From an uncultured Alphaproteobacteria bacterium (lineage in GTDB: Bacteria; Pseudomonadota; Alphaproteobacteria; JAJFIK01), in assembly GCA_964561475.1 (NCBI GenBank), contig CAZLPU010000011.1:5021-69020 (forward strand): a stretch of 64,000 bases of DNA, read 5' to 3'. This document shows, one piece after another, positions 48,301 to 58,437 of the stretch. How positions within the stretch are numbered: position 1 is the stretch's first letter; each line of letters begins with the position of its first letter. Below the pieces are notes generated by a model. That model searched no databases, was not told where the DNA came from, and was given only the letters and a program-made list of their open reading frames with translations. Position numbers and translations under genes: made by a program.

Positions 48301-49245
48301 TCAGACGGACAGCCCCTTGATCACCTTTGATTCCATGTGTGTGCGGACATCGTCCGGTAACGGAACGCTCTTGCGCGCTTCCAGGTCCAGGGTGACACCA
48401 ATGGCCTCGCTCGTGGCGAGGGCGGCTCCGGTGACCCCGTCGAGCACCCAGTGCACAAGATGCATGGTGCGGTTGCTCACCGCTTTCAGGCCGGAGCGGA
48501 CCATTACGATATCCCCTGCCCGGGGCCGCGCGTGATAACACACCCGGTATTCCACCACGGCGCTTCCCGTCTTTCCGTCGTCCCGGTATTCGCCCTTCTC
48601 AGGCCTCAAGGTGGGCAGGAAATTGATCACCCCATCAGAGATCCGTCCGATGAAATGCTGGGTGTGCATGAGATCATTCTCATTACACTGACTGCGCAGA
48701 ACCATGCCCTGGCCAATGACCGGCATGCCCAGCTCCTCCGCCCTGGCCATGCAGGCGGTGCCATCCGGATCAGTAATCTGAATACCTCGGGGCTGGGCGT
48801 GGTCGGGTATCTGGCCGGGCGTGTGGGGGAACGTGCTGCGCACCCGGTCGGGCAGGGGAATACGCGCGCCCATATCCGGATCCCGCTGTTCCACCACGGT
48901 GTTGAAAGTGGCTGAAGGCGTGTGGGTCAGACTGTCCCGGAGTTCGATATAGGCCCGGAAACCGTGGGGCAGGCCGGCCACGATGCCCCCCACGGCATAA
49001 ATCCCCGCACCGGCGCGCAATTCATTCAGGAAGCGGATATGATGATCCGTAACCGTCAAGGCGGTTCCGGTGGTGCGCAGATGGGTGGGGCCGAGACCGG
49101 CCATATGGCCGAGGACGCCAAGGGCTTCCTGGGTTTTCTGGACATAGAAGCGCACATTCATGTGCCCCATCTCATCGCATTCCCAGGTGTTGACATTACC
49201 TCGGTAGAGAAGGTGATCCAGTCCGGAAAGATCGATGGATGTCAT
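48301..49245 (-). CDS. Thioesterase-superfamily protein with two tandem hotdog domains (acyl-CoA thioesterase-like)
   Basis: Two hotdog halves. ATG 49245 with an AGGGAG RBS. The track's 49314 start is GTG. Paralog of the next gene. Confidence 0.65.
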   Translation of the reverse strand: MTSIDLSGLDHLLYRGNVNTWECDEMGHMNVRFYVQKTQEALGVLGHMAGLGPTHLRTTGTALTVTDHHIRFLNELRAGAGIYAVGGIVAGLPHGFRAYIELRDSLTHTPSATFNTVVEQRDPDMGARIPLPDRVRSTFPHTPGQIPDHAQPRGIQITDPDGTACMARAEELGMPVIGQGMVLRSQCNENDLMHTQHFIGRISDGVINFLPTLRPEKGEYRDDGKTGSAVVEYRVCYHARPRAGDIVMVRSGLKAVSNRTMHLVHWVLDGVTGAALATSEAIGVTLDLEARKSVPLPDDVRTHMESKVIKGLSV

Positions 49246-49343
49246 GTCGCCGCTCCCTGTCCAGGCATCATGGATCTCTGCAATGGGTCCCGGCCTCTTC
49301 GAGGCCGTTGTCACTTTACCGGACCTGGGGCTCGCCCGGGCCC

Positions 49344-50354
49344 CTACCGGGGCGCGTCCGGGGCGACCCCGTGGTCGGTCATCAGACTGACCAGACGGGT
49401 GCGCTGGTCTTCGGTGAGGTCTGCGGAGCGGCGCGCCTCCAGGTCCAGAAGCAGGGCCGTCGCACTGGAGCGGGCCACCGCTTCGCCGGTCTCCGCATCG
49501 AACATGAAATGGGCCAGCGAAATGGTCTTGCGGCCCACACCAATCAGGCCGCTCATGATGCGCAATGCAGTTCCCGCCATGATGGGGCGAAGGTAGGTGT
49601 GCTGATTTTCAACGAAGACGATACCGATGCCGGCGGATTTGAGGGACTGGCGGTCCAGTCCCACCCCCGCCCAGAAATGTCCGCCCCCTTCGGAATACCT
49701 GCCCATGTAATGCTGTTGCAGCATGTAGCCCTCTGCCGTGCAGTGCATTGGGTGCACGACACCGCGATAGGTCGAGATCAGGCCCTTTGCGGTCGCGCCG
49801 GCCAGGGTCAGGGACGGGAGAGAGTTGCTCACGCTGCGGGGGCGGGCTTCATCGGGCAGGGTTGTCTTGAGCGCCAGGGCCGCCGATCTGCTGGTCTCCG
49901 GCAAGGGGCGCGGCGCGGAAAGGGTGGGCGAAAGCGGTTTGAGCCGGGTTATGATGGTGGCGGACAGGCCGCCGCTGACCGCTTCCCGAACCGCGCTATA
50001 GACCGCCACCCCATGATCATCGGCATCCAGAACGCCGGTTTCGATGGTCACCGTGTCGGAAGTCCGCAATTCGTCCTTGAAATGGATATGGTCTTCGCTG
50101 GGCCAGAGAACGAGCCCCTTTCCGGCGGCGCCCCGAGGGCCGAGGCCGATGGCGATGCGGAAATGTTCGAGGGCTGAGGAAAGCTTGGCCATATAGAACT
50201 GCACGTTCATGTGGCCGACATCGTCGCACTCCCAGGTGTCGACATAGCCCCGGTAGGTCTCAATCACCGCCCGCCTCTTCGCTTCAGGTCCCCATGCGCT
50301 CCGGCGCATTAGGGGTATAGCACGCGCCGTGTCCGCAAACGCGGCCGGCACCAT
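49344..50354 (-). CDS. Thioesterase-superfamily protein with two tandem hotdog domains, tandem paralog
   Basis: Clear paralogy with 48301..49245 (YRGxVxTWECDxxGHMNVxFY...). About 336 aa. Confidence 0.65.
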   Translation of the reverse strand: MVPAAFADTARAIPLMRRSAWGPEAKRRAVIETYRGYVDTWECDDVGHMNVQFYMAKLSSALEHFRIAIGLGPRGAAGKGLVLWPSEDHIHFKDELRTSDTVTIETGVLDADDHGVAVYSAVREAVSGGLSATIITRLKPLSPTLSAPRPLPETSRSAALALKTTLPDEARPRSVSNSLPSLTLAGATAKGLISTYRGVVHPMHCTAEGYMLQQHYMGRYSEGGGHFWAGVGLDRQSLKSAGIGIVFVENQHTYLRPIMAGTALRIMSGLIGVGRKTISLAHFMFDAETGEAVARSSATALLLDLEARRSADLTEDQRTRLVSLMTDHGVAPDAPR

Positions 50355-50688
50355 GCATCACGCTGATCTCACAGGACCTTAGCCCAGGACCGGTCCAGGT
50401 CACACCAACTGTTGCGTTTGGACCCGCTGGTCACCCCTCTTCTGTTACCGACCTTTCGATCGGGCTGACCCCGATTGAAGGCACCTTGAGCGGGAGTGGA
50501 GCAGGGATGATCCGGGAAAAGGGCTACGGCACCGCGCCCCGGTCCGGTGCAGGCTAAATCGGATATTTCTTATCAAAATCAACCGAGTGCATCCAATTTA
50601 CCGGGTAACTTATCCCCGGTTGTCCAAACATGTGGGCAAACCATGACAGTTCATTGACGATTGGTAAGAATCGCTTAACCTCAATCTC

Positions 50689-50888
50689 GACGGCGCGGGT
50701 TGCCCCACCTGACGTGCCGTCCCCGGGCGAGGGACGTGGGCTCGCCCGGATACCACGCGGCAGAAATTGTGGGATGCCGCGCCGCACGACCGTGCGAAAA
50801 CGATCAGCATCTGACCCAACAGGTGTTGAACCAACTAGCGCTATTGGAATGGGCCCGGCTGACTGATCCCCCAGCCGGGCCCTTTTTC
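50689..50888 (+). ncRNA. Candidate small RNA (about 200 nt) defined by an orphan sigma70-like promoter and a plus-strand intrinsic terminator. No protein gene on this strand.
   Basis: TTGACG (50654..50659)-N16-TAACCT (50676..50681). Internal stable hairpins (CCGGGCGAG...CTCGCCCGG). Terminator GGGCCCGGCTG-(10 nt)-CAGCCGGGCCC + TTTTTC at 50851..50888. Only low-complexity ORFs overlap. Confidence 0.3.
50851..50888 (+). terminator. Rho-independent terminator oriented on the plus strand (11-bp GC stem followed by a U-tract)
   Basis: GGGCCCGGCTG actgatcccc CAGCCGGGCCC TTTTTCAT. On the minus strand it is preceded by A5 but has no U-tract. It may also act weakly for the vWA gene. Confidence 0.65.
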
Positions 50889-50930
50889 ATGACAGGTCGC
50901 GGATATACCAAATCATCCCCGCAGGGATGA

Positions 50931-52865
50931 TCAGCGTGGATCCTCCCGTTCAGTTCTGGGGGCGGTGCCTCTGTTGGGTTGTTCCGGCCGTCCCGCAGTG
51001 CCCCGGTTGAGGCGTTCGATGCCGTCCGCTGATTGGGCAAGGCGGACCAGTTGGGTGAATTCCGCCCGGTCGCCATAGGCGTCTTCGCCCTTGGCGGCGA
51101 TGGCGATCTCCAGGATGCGGTCCAGATCCATGTCCTTGAGGTTGGGATCGTTGCGCAGAAGTTGGCCGAAGGCTGCCACCGAGGCGGCAAACCGGGCATC
51201 TTCCGAGGCGGCATCAAAGCTGTCCACCTCAAGGGAGGTGTCCGCGGGCTGCTCGATCAGATTGCTTTCGTCCTCATCGGGCAGTTTGTAGCGGATACGG
51301 ACGAAGGCATACTCCGACGACAGATCGGATTCGCCCCCGGCGCCAGCCCCATCCCCGGTTTCCTCCTCCTGGTCTGTTGGCGTTTCACCCCTCTCCGATG
51401 CGCGCTCCCCGGCCTCTTCATTGCCGTAGCGGCGGGGATCGATGAGCCGGGCAGGGGAGCCCACAGGGATCAGTTCATAAAAGGCGGTGACCGAGTGGCC
51501 GGAGCCGATTTCGCCCGCATCCACCTTGTCATTGTTGAAGTCCGCCCGGTCCAGCAACCGGGTCTCGTAGCCGATCAGCCGGTATTCGGCCACCTTGGCG
51601 GGATTGAACTCCACCTGAATCTTGACGTCCTTGGCGATGGGGAAAAGGGTGGCGCGCACCCCATCCACCAGGGCCCGGCGAGCCTCCCGGATCGTGTCGA
51701 TATAGAGGGCCTGGCCGTTGCCCGCCTGCACCAGGCGCTGCATGAGGGCATCATTGAGATTGCCCCGTCCGAAACCCATCACCGTAAGGAAGATGCCGGT
51801 TTCGCGCTTGCGGGTGACGAAATCCTCCAGGGTGTCATCATCCGTGATGCCCACATTGAAATCGCCGTCCGTGGCGAGAATCACGCGATTGATCTTGTCC
51901 GCCTCGAAATTCTGTTCCGCCAGGGAATAGGCGAGCCGGATGCCTTCACCCCCGGCCGTCGAGCCACCGGCCTGAAGCTGATCAAGGGCGCCCTTGATGA
52001 CGGCCTTCTGGTCGCCGGGAGTGGGCTGGAGCACCACACCGGCGGCCCCGGCATAGACCGCGATGGAAACCCGATCTTCCGGACCAAGAGTATCCACCAG
52101 CAGGCCCAGGGACTGGAGCAGAAGGGGCAGTTTGTCCTCGGCGGACATGGAGCCGGATACATCGATCAGAAAAACGAGATTGAGAGCCGGAGTTTCTTCC
52201 GGCTGCAGATCATAACCCTTGATGCCGATGCGCAGGAGCTTGGTGTCCGCGTTCCAGGGGGTGGGCATGATCTCCATGGCGGGCAGGAAGGGGGAGGCGG
52301 CGGTCTCCGGCACCGGATAGTCGTAGGTGAAGTAGTTCACCATCTCCTCCACCCGCACGGCATCGGACGGGGGCAGAGTGTTGTCGTTGAGGAACCGGCG
52401 GACCAGGGAATAGGAGGCGGTATCCACATCGACACTGAAGGTGGACACGGGTTCCTCCGCCACGGACTTCACCAGATTGGGATCCACATTCTCGAACTCA
52501 TCGCGGTTTTCAGGGGCCGCCATGGAGGCTTCTGGCCGCGGCGGCGTTGCCATGCGTGCCCCGCCAGTGACGATCGCACGGTCTGGCGCCACGCTGATGG
52601 CAGGTGCAGGCGAGGCTGCTGGGGCCTCTTCCATGGACCGCTCATTGGGTCTTCCGTTCGCATCGTCCAGGTCTTTGCGCTGATTCTCCCGCTCCTGGCG
52701 CTCTCCCACTCTGTCACTGTTGGATTGTTCAGCGTTGGTCTCCTGGGAGTCTTCGTCCGATGCCTGGCGTTGTCCGCAGCTTGCGAGCAGCAGTGCGAGG
52801 CAGGCCAGCACCATGCCCATGGTGATGTTGATCATCGCAGCGCGGCTGCGGTCGGTGTCAGTCAT
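50931..52865 (-). CDS. YfbK-like von Willebrand factor A domain lipoprotein (vWA + C-terminal DUF3520-like region)
   Basis: Lipobox LLASC. MIDAS DVSGSMS. ...TDG. Acidic low-complexity stretches. A likely internal start at MINITMGMV. Confidence 0.8.
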   Translation of the reverse strand: MTDTDRSRAAMINITMGMVLACLALLLASCGQRQASDEDSQETNAEQSNSDRVGERQERENQRKDLDDANGRPNERSMEEAPAASPAPAISVAPDRAIVTGGARMATPPRPEASMAAPENRDEFENVDPNLVKSVAEEPVSTFSVDVDTASYSLVRRFLNDNTLPPSDAVRVEEMVNYFTYDYPVPETAASPFLPAMEIMPTPWNADTKLLRIGIKGYDLQPEETPALNLVFLIDVSGSMSAEDKLPLLLQSLGLLVDTLGPEDRVSIAVYAGAAGVVLQPTPGDQKAVIKGALDQLQAGGSTAGGEGIRLAYSLAEQNFEADKINRVILATDGDFNVGITDDDTLEDFVTRKRETGIFLTVMGFGRGNLNDALMQRLVQAGNGQALYIDTIREARRALVDGVRATLFPIAKDVKIQVEFNPAKVAEYRLIGYETRLLDRADFNNDKVDAGEIGSGHSVTAFYELIPVGSPARLIDPRRYGNEEAGERASERGETPTDQEEETGDGAGAGGESDLSSEYAFVRIRYKLPDEDESNLIEQPADTSLEVDSFDAASEDARFAASVAAFGQLLRNDPNLKDMDLDRILEIAIAAKGEDAYGDRAEFTQLVRLAQSADGIERLNRGTAGRPEQPNRGTAPRTEREDPR

Positions 52866-53076
52866 GGTGATGTCTCCTCACGGTGGATGCCATGGGCGGT
52901 TCGGTGTTTTGAAGGGGCCGGCATTCGGGCGGCCGCGCCGGCGCATCAGGGCCTGGGGCGCTCTTGATGTTCTTTTCACGGGGTCCCCGCCGCCCGGAAA
53001 CAAGGAAACCGGGAACAGGGTAGAAATGCAAGATGGCCACAAAAGAGCGAGGCGGCAGAGACTGAGAGGCAGCCAT

Positions 53077-53109
53077 AAAAAAAACGGACCGGAGAATATC
53101 GCCGGTCCG
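53077..53109 (-). terminator. Rho-independent terminator for the RTX/FG-GAP gene
   Basis: On the minus strand: CGGACCGG-(9-nt loop)-CCGGTCCG followed by T8. Lies 40 nt past the stop, with a second small hairpin (GGCTC-GGTTC-GAGCC) directly after the stop. Confidence 0.8.
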
Positions 53110-53147
53110 TTCTGGGTCAGGGTCGTTGGCTCGGTTCGAGCCCGCTA

Positions 53148-56100
53148 TCAGAACACCAGGATGTCGTCATCCCAGTCGCTGAGCAGGGTGTTCTCCAGGG
53201 TCAGCACATCGTCACCGCCGAAGGAAATGACCACATCCGCCCCGGACTGGACCGCTGCCGCGCGGACTTCCGCTGCGGTGTCGAATGCCGTGCCCAATCC
53301 GGACAAGGTCAGGATGTCAGACCCGGTGGAGAGGTCTTCGATCGTCACGGAGCCGTCACCGGCCCGGAAGATGAAGGTGTCCGCGCCACTGCCGCCGACG
53401 AGGTGATCGGTGCCTGTACCGCCGGAGAGCACATCATCGCCGGGACCGCCTTCCACACGGTCGTTCCCGGAGCCGCCTTCGACCAGATCGTTGCCCCGGC
53501 CGCCACGCAGTTGATCATTGCCGAGACCGCCGAACAGGGCATCGGCGCCATCGGAACCGGACAGAACGTCGTTACCTGACGCTCCGGAGAGCAGATCGTT
53601 TCCGGCGCCGCCGTCCAGGGTGTCATTCCCCTGGCTGCCGCCAAGGGCATCATTGCCCTGCCCGCCAAAGAGGATGGCGTTGATGGACGCGGCGGTCATG
53701 ACGTCGTTTCCGTTGAACCCGGAGACGCTGCCATTGGTTGCAGCGGAGCTGGAGGTGCTCACCGTGTAGGTCAAGGTGAGCGTGCCGGAGGCGTCGCTCT
53801 GGACAGGCACCGTGGCCTCAATTGCCAGGGGCAGGTCCGCAGGGAGGCTGGCCCTGTCGAGTTCCAGGGTAAAGCTGGTCGCGTCACCGCTGGTGGTGTC
53901 GCCCAGGGACGACCCGCTGGCCGTGAACCCATTCTGGGACGGGGCCGGCGCACCCACCACCGGTGCCGATCCATTCGTCGGAGACGGGATGGCCGCGGGC
54001 AGGGTCAAACTCACGCCGGTGGCCGCAGCAATATCGGTGCTCTCGGTCGGCGGTGCGGAGCGCGAACCGCCGGAGAACAGGATCAGCGGGAACACCGAAC
54101 CCAGCGACGGTGAGGTGTTGCCCTGGCTGGGTGTGGCCGGTGCCGGCGCCGGAGTGCTCGGTGTCGGTGTCGTATTGCCGAAATTGAACGGCAGGGACGG
54201 GATGCTCGGCACGGCCGGCGACGAGGGCTGGCTCGGGCTGGTCGGCTGCGTGGGACTGCTCGGCGACGTCGGTTGAGACGGCGTAATCGGTTGCAGCGGC
54301 GCGCTCGGGAACGCCGGCAAACCGGGAATGCCGCCGCCACCTTGACCCGGCGTATCGGGTTCGGGCTCCGGTTCAGCCGGGGTACTGGGATTGCCCGGTG
54401 TCACAGGAACGCTCGGGAAACCGGGCTGGATCGGATTACCAAGATTGGGCAGGCCGGGAATGACCGGGGACTGGCCGCCGCCGCCGGATCCAGTGCCAGG
54501 CACGGTTGGCAGTCCCGGAATCGTCGGCTCCGCAGGCTGCTGGGGTTCCGGTTCCGGTTCGGGTTCCGGCTCAGGCTCGGGTTCCGCGTCGGGATCCGGC
54601 TCGGGTTCGGGTTCCGGCTCGGGCTCAGGTTCCGGCTCCGGTTCGGGCAGGCTGTTGAGATTTTCCGGAATGGTGATCTCGAAGTCGGCGCTGGTGGTGT
54701 CACCAAAGCCGGCGCCCGTGGCGTCCAGGCTCAAAGTGAAGGTTTCCGCCCCTTCAGTCCGTAAATTGTCCGTGACATCGATACGGATGACCTGTTCCCG
54801 GTCACCGGGCTGGAAGGTGATTGATCCGCTCACATCGGTGTAGTCGACCCCAGCCGTGGCCGTGCCTTCAATGGTCTCATAGAGGATGATGACCTTGCTG
54901 TAGGCATCCTGGGACAGGCTCACGGTCACTTCCATGACCTTGGAGCCGTCGGGCTCTTCGACAAAAGACACGCTGTCGGCGGTCACCGGATTGATCTTGA
55001 AGCCGAAAACGACGGCGGTCATGCCCCGCTCGTTGTCGGCGCCGCTGGCGCCGGGCACGTCGAAGAAAACGGGTTCACTGTCCGGGGTTTGGTCGGCGAT
55101 GCCGCTTTCAATCCCTTCGGCGGTGCCGAAGAAGCGGGGCGCGCCCACGCCCACGTCGCCGACGCCATCGCCATTGATGTCGCCGACACCCTTCACGGAG
55201 AAGCCGAGTTCCGTATCCCGATAGGTGGTGTCGATGTAGAAGCCGCGGGTCGAACCGTCGAAGCCGGATTGGGGAGAGACGTCGACCACACCGGTCCGTT
55301 TACCGATGGAAGAACTGCCGTAGATGACCGAGACCCGGCCCGCTTCCAGAACATCGCCGCCCAGACGGTTCGGTTCGTTTTGACCGATGGCGAAGTCGTC
55401 AATGCCGTCGCCGTTGAAGTCGCCGATCCCATCAACGGATTCACCATTGTTCTGGCTGTCGATCCCGGTGCCGGTGATACGGATGCCGACGGAGGAGTCC
55501 AGATTACCCAGGTCAATGGTGGACGGCAGTCCGTCCGTGGACCCGAAGATAATGAAGCTGTCCGCAGGCAGAAAATCAGGAGAACCCGGCGCCACGAAAC
55601 CGTTACTGCCGCCAGTCGCGATGAGCAGGTCTTCGATGCCGTCATTGTTGACATCGCCCGCATTGTTGACGGCCCAGCCTGCCTGGGCGCCGTCTTCGCC
55701 GTTGATCACGATGCCCGGGAAACCGAGGGGGCCGACCTGGGACAGATTGATCGTCGCGGTCTGAACGATGGGGCCGCCGAAAATCACATAGGTCTTGCCG
55801 GCATTGTTGTTGCCGTCGGTATCCGCTGACCGGGCTCCGACCACCACATCGTCGATGCCGTCGCCGTTGAGATCCACATAGGTGACGGCGGAGCCCGCCG
55901 CATCCTGGGGCGAGACACCCCGGATCCGCACGCCATTGGTGCCGACGACATCATCGGTGGTCAGATCACCCAGTTCAGAGCCTGCCTGGCCGAAGATGAC
56001 GAATGTATCGCCGGTCGAAAAGCCGCCGTCGCCCTTGGACCCGACCAGGAAATCGTCCACGCCGTCGCCGTTGAAGTCGCCCTGGTCGCCGGTGGAGCTG

Positions 56101-56777
56101 CCGAGCTGTTCGCCAAAGAAGAGGCTGATCGTGTCGGCAATGGTCACCCGATCGGCGGGTGTGCGGTCCACACCGTCAAGTTTGGTAATGCCCGGGCCGC
56201 CCGCGCCCAGGAACACATCGGCCTCGAATTCCGGGCCGCCGTAGACGATGTAGCTGGAGCCCTCGAATTTCGTGATGTTCGCCTGGTTTCCGACCACGAC
56301 CGGCGCGAAAGGGTTGTTCGTTTCGAACAGAAACTGGTTCTCCGGCGCGGTCGGATCGAACCCTTCCTCCAGGTCGATGGTGACCGTATAGAAGCCTTCG
56401 TTCCGGGCGCCGATGGCCAGATCGTCGTAGCCGTCCTGGTTCAGGTCGCCGGCAAAGCCCGCGCTGATGCCGATCTGGGAGAAAACGGACGGACCCACAA
56501 TGCGGAACCCGTTGGTGCCGTCGAGGGTGTTCAGATCAAAGATCGCGGGGAAGCCTTCCGTGCTCCCGAAGACGACGAACACCTCACCGGCCAGGTCGCC
56601 GAATGGATCGATCTGGTCGTCGCCCCCTTCCGAGGTCACCAGATAATCGTCGATGCCGTCACCGTTCACGTCGCCGGCGGCGGAGATGTCGATGCCGTGC
56701 ACATCCCGCGCCTCGCGGCCGCGGCCAAAGGTCAGGACACCGTTGGTGCCGTCAATGGTCGTGATATCGAATGCCAT
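53148..56777 (-). CDS. Large secreted RTX-type protein: 7 FG-GAP repeats (integrin-alpha-like beta-propeller), Calx-beta domain, (PE)n and Pro/Thr/Ser linkers, C-terminal hemolysin-type Ca-binding nonapeptide repeats. Likely a T1SS substrate/adhesin.
   Basis: 1209 aa. FG-GAP motifs (DxNGDGxDD). A Calx-beta TATAGVDY...ETFTLSL. About 12 GGxGxDxL/V repeats. A C-terminal acidic ...DDDILVF secretion-signal-like end. No signal peptide. Confidence 0.8.
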   Translation of the reverse strand: MAFDITTIDGTNGVLTFGRGREARDVHGIDISAAGDVNGDGIDDYLVTSEGGDDQIDPFGDLAGEVFVVFGSTEGFPAIFDLNTLDGTNGFRIVGPSVFSQIGISAGFAGDLNQDGYDDLAIGARNEGFYTVTIDLEEGFDPTAPENQFLFETNNPFAPVVVGNQANITKFEGSSYIVYGGPEFEADVFLGAGGPGITKLDGVDRTPADRVTIADTISLFFGEQLGSSTGDQGDFNGDGVDDFLVGSKGDGGFSTGDTFVIFGQAGSELGDLTTDDVVGTNGVRIRGVSPQDAAGSAVTYVDLNGDGIDDVVVGARSADTDGNNNAGKTYVIFGGPIVQTATINLSQVGPLGFPGIVINGEDGAQAGWAVNNAGDVNNDGIEDLLIATGGSNGFVAPGSPDFLPADSFIIFGSTDGLPSTIDLGNLDSSVGIRITGTGIDSQNNGESVDGIGDFNGDGIDDFAIGQNEPNRLGGDVLEAGRVSVIYGSSSIGKRTGVVDVSPQSGFDGSTRGFYIDTTYRDTELGFSVKGVGDINGDGVGDVGVGAPRFFGTAEGIESGIADQTPDSEPVFFDVPGASGADNERGMTAVVFGFKINPVTADSVSFVEEPDGSKVMEVTVSLSQDAYSKVIILYETIEGTATAGVDYTDVSGSITFQPGDREQVIRIDVTDNLRTEGAETFTLSLDATGAGFGDTTSADFEITIPENLNSLPEPEPEPEPEPEPEPEPDPDAEPEPEPEPEPEPEPQQPAEPTIPGLPTVPGTGSGGGGQSPVIPGLPNLGNPIQPGFPSVPVTPGNPSTPAEPEPEPDTPGQGGGGIPGLPAFPSAPLQPITPSQPTSPSSPTQPTSPSQPSSPAVPSIPSLPFNFGNTTPTPSTPAPAPATPSQGNTSPSLGSVFPLILFSGGSRSAPPTESTDIAAATGVSLTLPAAIPSPTNGSAPVVGAPAPSQNGFTASGSSLGDTTSGDATSFTLELDRASLPADLPLAIEATVPVQSDASGTLTLTYTVSTSSSAATNGSVSGFNGNDVMTAASINAILFGGQGNDALGGSQGNDTLDGGAGNDLLSGASGNDVLSGSDGADALFGGLGNDQLRGGRGNDLVEGGSGNDRVEGGPGDDVLSGGTGTDHLVGGSGADTFIFRAGDGSVTIEDLSTGSDILTLSGLGTAFDTAAEVRAAAVQSGADVVISFGGDDVLTLENTLLSDWDDDILVF
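54544..54647. repeat. Hexanucleotide tandem repeat (GGYTCN)n encoding (PE)n/(EP)n within the RTX gene
   Basis: About 17 tandem hexamers encoding [35 protein letters not shown]. Confidence 0.85.
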
Positions 56778-57588
56778 GTTATCCCACCGTCGCCGGGGCG
56801 GGTTCTCTCAACCCGTGCCTACCCAAATTACCCACTTCGGGACCATGACCATACGCCACGGCCTCCCCCTTGTGAAGTTGTAATTATGGGTGGGTCCCGC
56901 CCTATTTTTGCCTCACCGTGTTCCCGCATGCATTGTTTCCCCATCGGGGTTCAGTCCGATGCATTCGGCTCTAGAAGAGACCAGTGCTGTGGTGACTGGT
57001 TTCTTGAGTATCAAAGCCTGCTCAATATGAGGAAGCATCAACCCAAACTATTTCGACGGGCTTGGAGCGGCTTTTACTGAGTCCTTGCAGAATTTTGCTT
57101 TGTTCCGTTTCTGGACGGATCGTGCCAAGGCGGCCCGCAGACCGTTCCATTGAAACACGCCGCTCCGGCGCCGCCGCGCCGCCGTTTTCCCGCCTCCCGA
57201 CGCGCCAAGGTCTTGGCGGGGCTTCGGTTCACGTCAGCCGGACCCCACTTCCTCACCCGCGCACCAGCGTCCTCAGATACAATTCGGCGCTGACACGGAG
57301 AGGTGGCTGCAAGTTCCGCACCACATCTGCGGCCCAGCTTCAGCCCAGCGCCGGCCCGTCCCAACACCCAGCCAACTCCCATACAGACCCCCTTGCTTCT
57401 TCAAGAAGAGCGGGGAGAATGCGGCAAGGGTGTGCGGCATCCAGCGGCCTCGTGCCATGAAACATATAGATTGAACGGGCTCATCCCGTAGTCTCTGGCC
57501 GCACTCTTTGGGTGGGAAATACCGAAACGTGATCGTCGTGGCAGCTCGGCAAAGGCGGGGCACGGCTCGGGAAAAGGGAACGCCAAGC

Positions 57589-58428
57589 ATGGGCTACACA
57601 ACTTTTGATCTGGATATCGCCGATGGGATCGCTCATCTGCGCCTGAACCGTCCGGACACCTTCAACAGCATGGTCCGTGCCTTCTGGAATGAGTTGCCCG
57701 AGGCGGTGACCGAAATTGACCGGGAAGCCAAGGCCCGGGTGATCGTGATTTCCTCAACGGGCAAGCATTTCTGTTCCGGAATGGATTTGGCGGTCTTCGC
57801 CGATGGCGACACCACATCCAACCCGTCCGCTGATCAAGCGCGCCGGAACCACCAATTGCGAGATTGGGTGAAGGTTCTCCAGAATACGTTCAATTGTCTC
57901 GACAATGCTCGCATGCCGGTTCTGGCCGCGATCCAGGGGGGCTGCATCGGCGGGGCCGTGGACATGATTTCCGCCTGCGACATGCGCTACGCGACGGCGG
58001 ATGCGTTTTTCTGCGTGCAGGAAATCAATATCGGGATGACGGCGGATGTGGGCACCTTTCCGCGCCTGTGCCACCTGATCCCCCAGGGGTGGGTGCGTGA
58101 GCTGTGTTACACCGGGCGCCGGTTGTCCGCCGAAAAAGCCAAGGAAATCGGTCTGGTGAACGAGGTCTATCAGACCCATGCGGAACTGGTGGACGCGGTG
58201 CTGGAGCGGGCCCGGGAGATCGCTGCCCGCTCGCCCCTGGCCATTGCGGGAACCAAGGTGATGATCAATTACGCCCGGGACCACACCATCGCCGACGGTC
58301 TGGATTACATCGCCACCTGGCAGTCAGGGATGTTCCGCGCCAGCGAAATGCAGGAAGCGTTCACCGCCCAGATGGAAAAGCGCCCGCCAGCGTATGACGA
58401 CATCCTGCCAATCCGTCAGAAAATGTAA
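57589..58428 (+). CDS. Enoyl-CoA hydratase/isomerase (crotonase) family protein
   Basis: Crotonase fold motifs (VLAAIQGGCIGGAVDMISACDMRYA, oxyanion-hole region). 279 aa. Confidence 0.8.
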   Translation: MGYTTFDLDIADGIAHLRLNRPDTFNSMVRAFWNELPEAVTEIDREAKARVIVISSTGKHFCSGMDLAVFADGDTTSNPSADQARRNHQLRDWVKVLQNTFNCLDNARMPVLAAIQGGCIGGAVDMISACDMRYATADAFFCVQEINIGMTADVGTFPRLCHLIPQGWVRELCYTGRRLSAEKAKEIGLVNEVYQTHAELVDAVLERAREIAARSPLAIAGTKVMINYARDHTIADGLDYIATWQSGMFRASEMQEAFTAQMEKRPPAYDDILPIRQKM

Positions 58429-58437
58429 CGCACCCGG

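Noticed and set aside
48922-50177. 224-aa and 312-aa plus-strand ORFs
   Set aside because: Antisense to the tandem double-hotdog thioesterase genes.
50630-50930. 78-aa and 76-aa plus-strand ORFs in the sRNA-candidate region
   Set aside because: Low-complexity Pro/Arg/Gly-rich translations. One ends inside the terminator stem, and neither has an RBS. A non-coding interpretation is preferred.
51033-52967. 644-aa plus-strand ORF opposite the vWA gene
   Set aside because: The minus-strand frame has a lipobox, a MIDAS DxSxS and a TDG motif. The plus frame has no motifs and a His/Gly/Arg-rich composition.
53128-53142. GGTTCGAGCC resembling a tRNA T-arm
   Set aside because: The loop is only 5 nt (GGCTC-GGTTC-GAGCC). 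No acceptor or D-arm or anticodon structure or CCA context. It is a small hairpin just after the RTX stop. No tRNA was found in any intergenic region.
54273-55829. Plus-strand ORFs of 163, 150 and 246 aa
   Set aside because: Antisense to the RTX/FG-GAP gene. Their repetitive composition merely mirrors the repeats on the coding strand.
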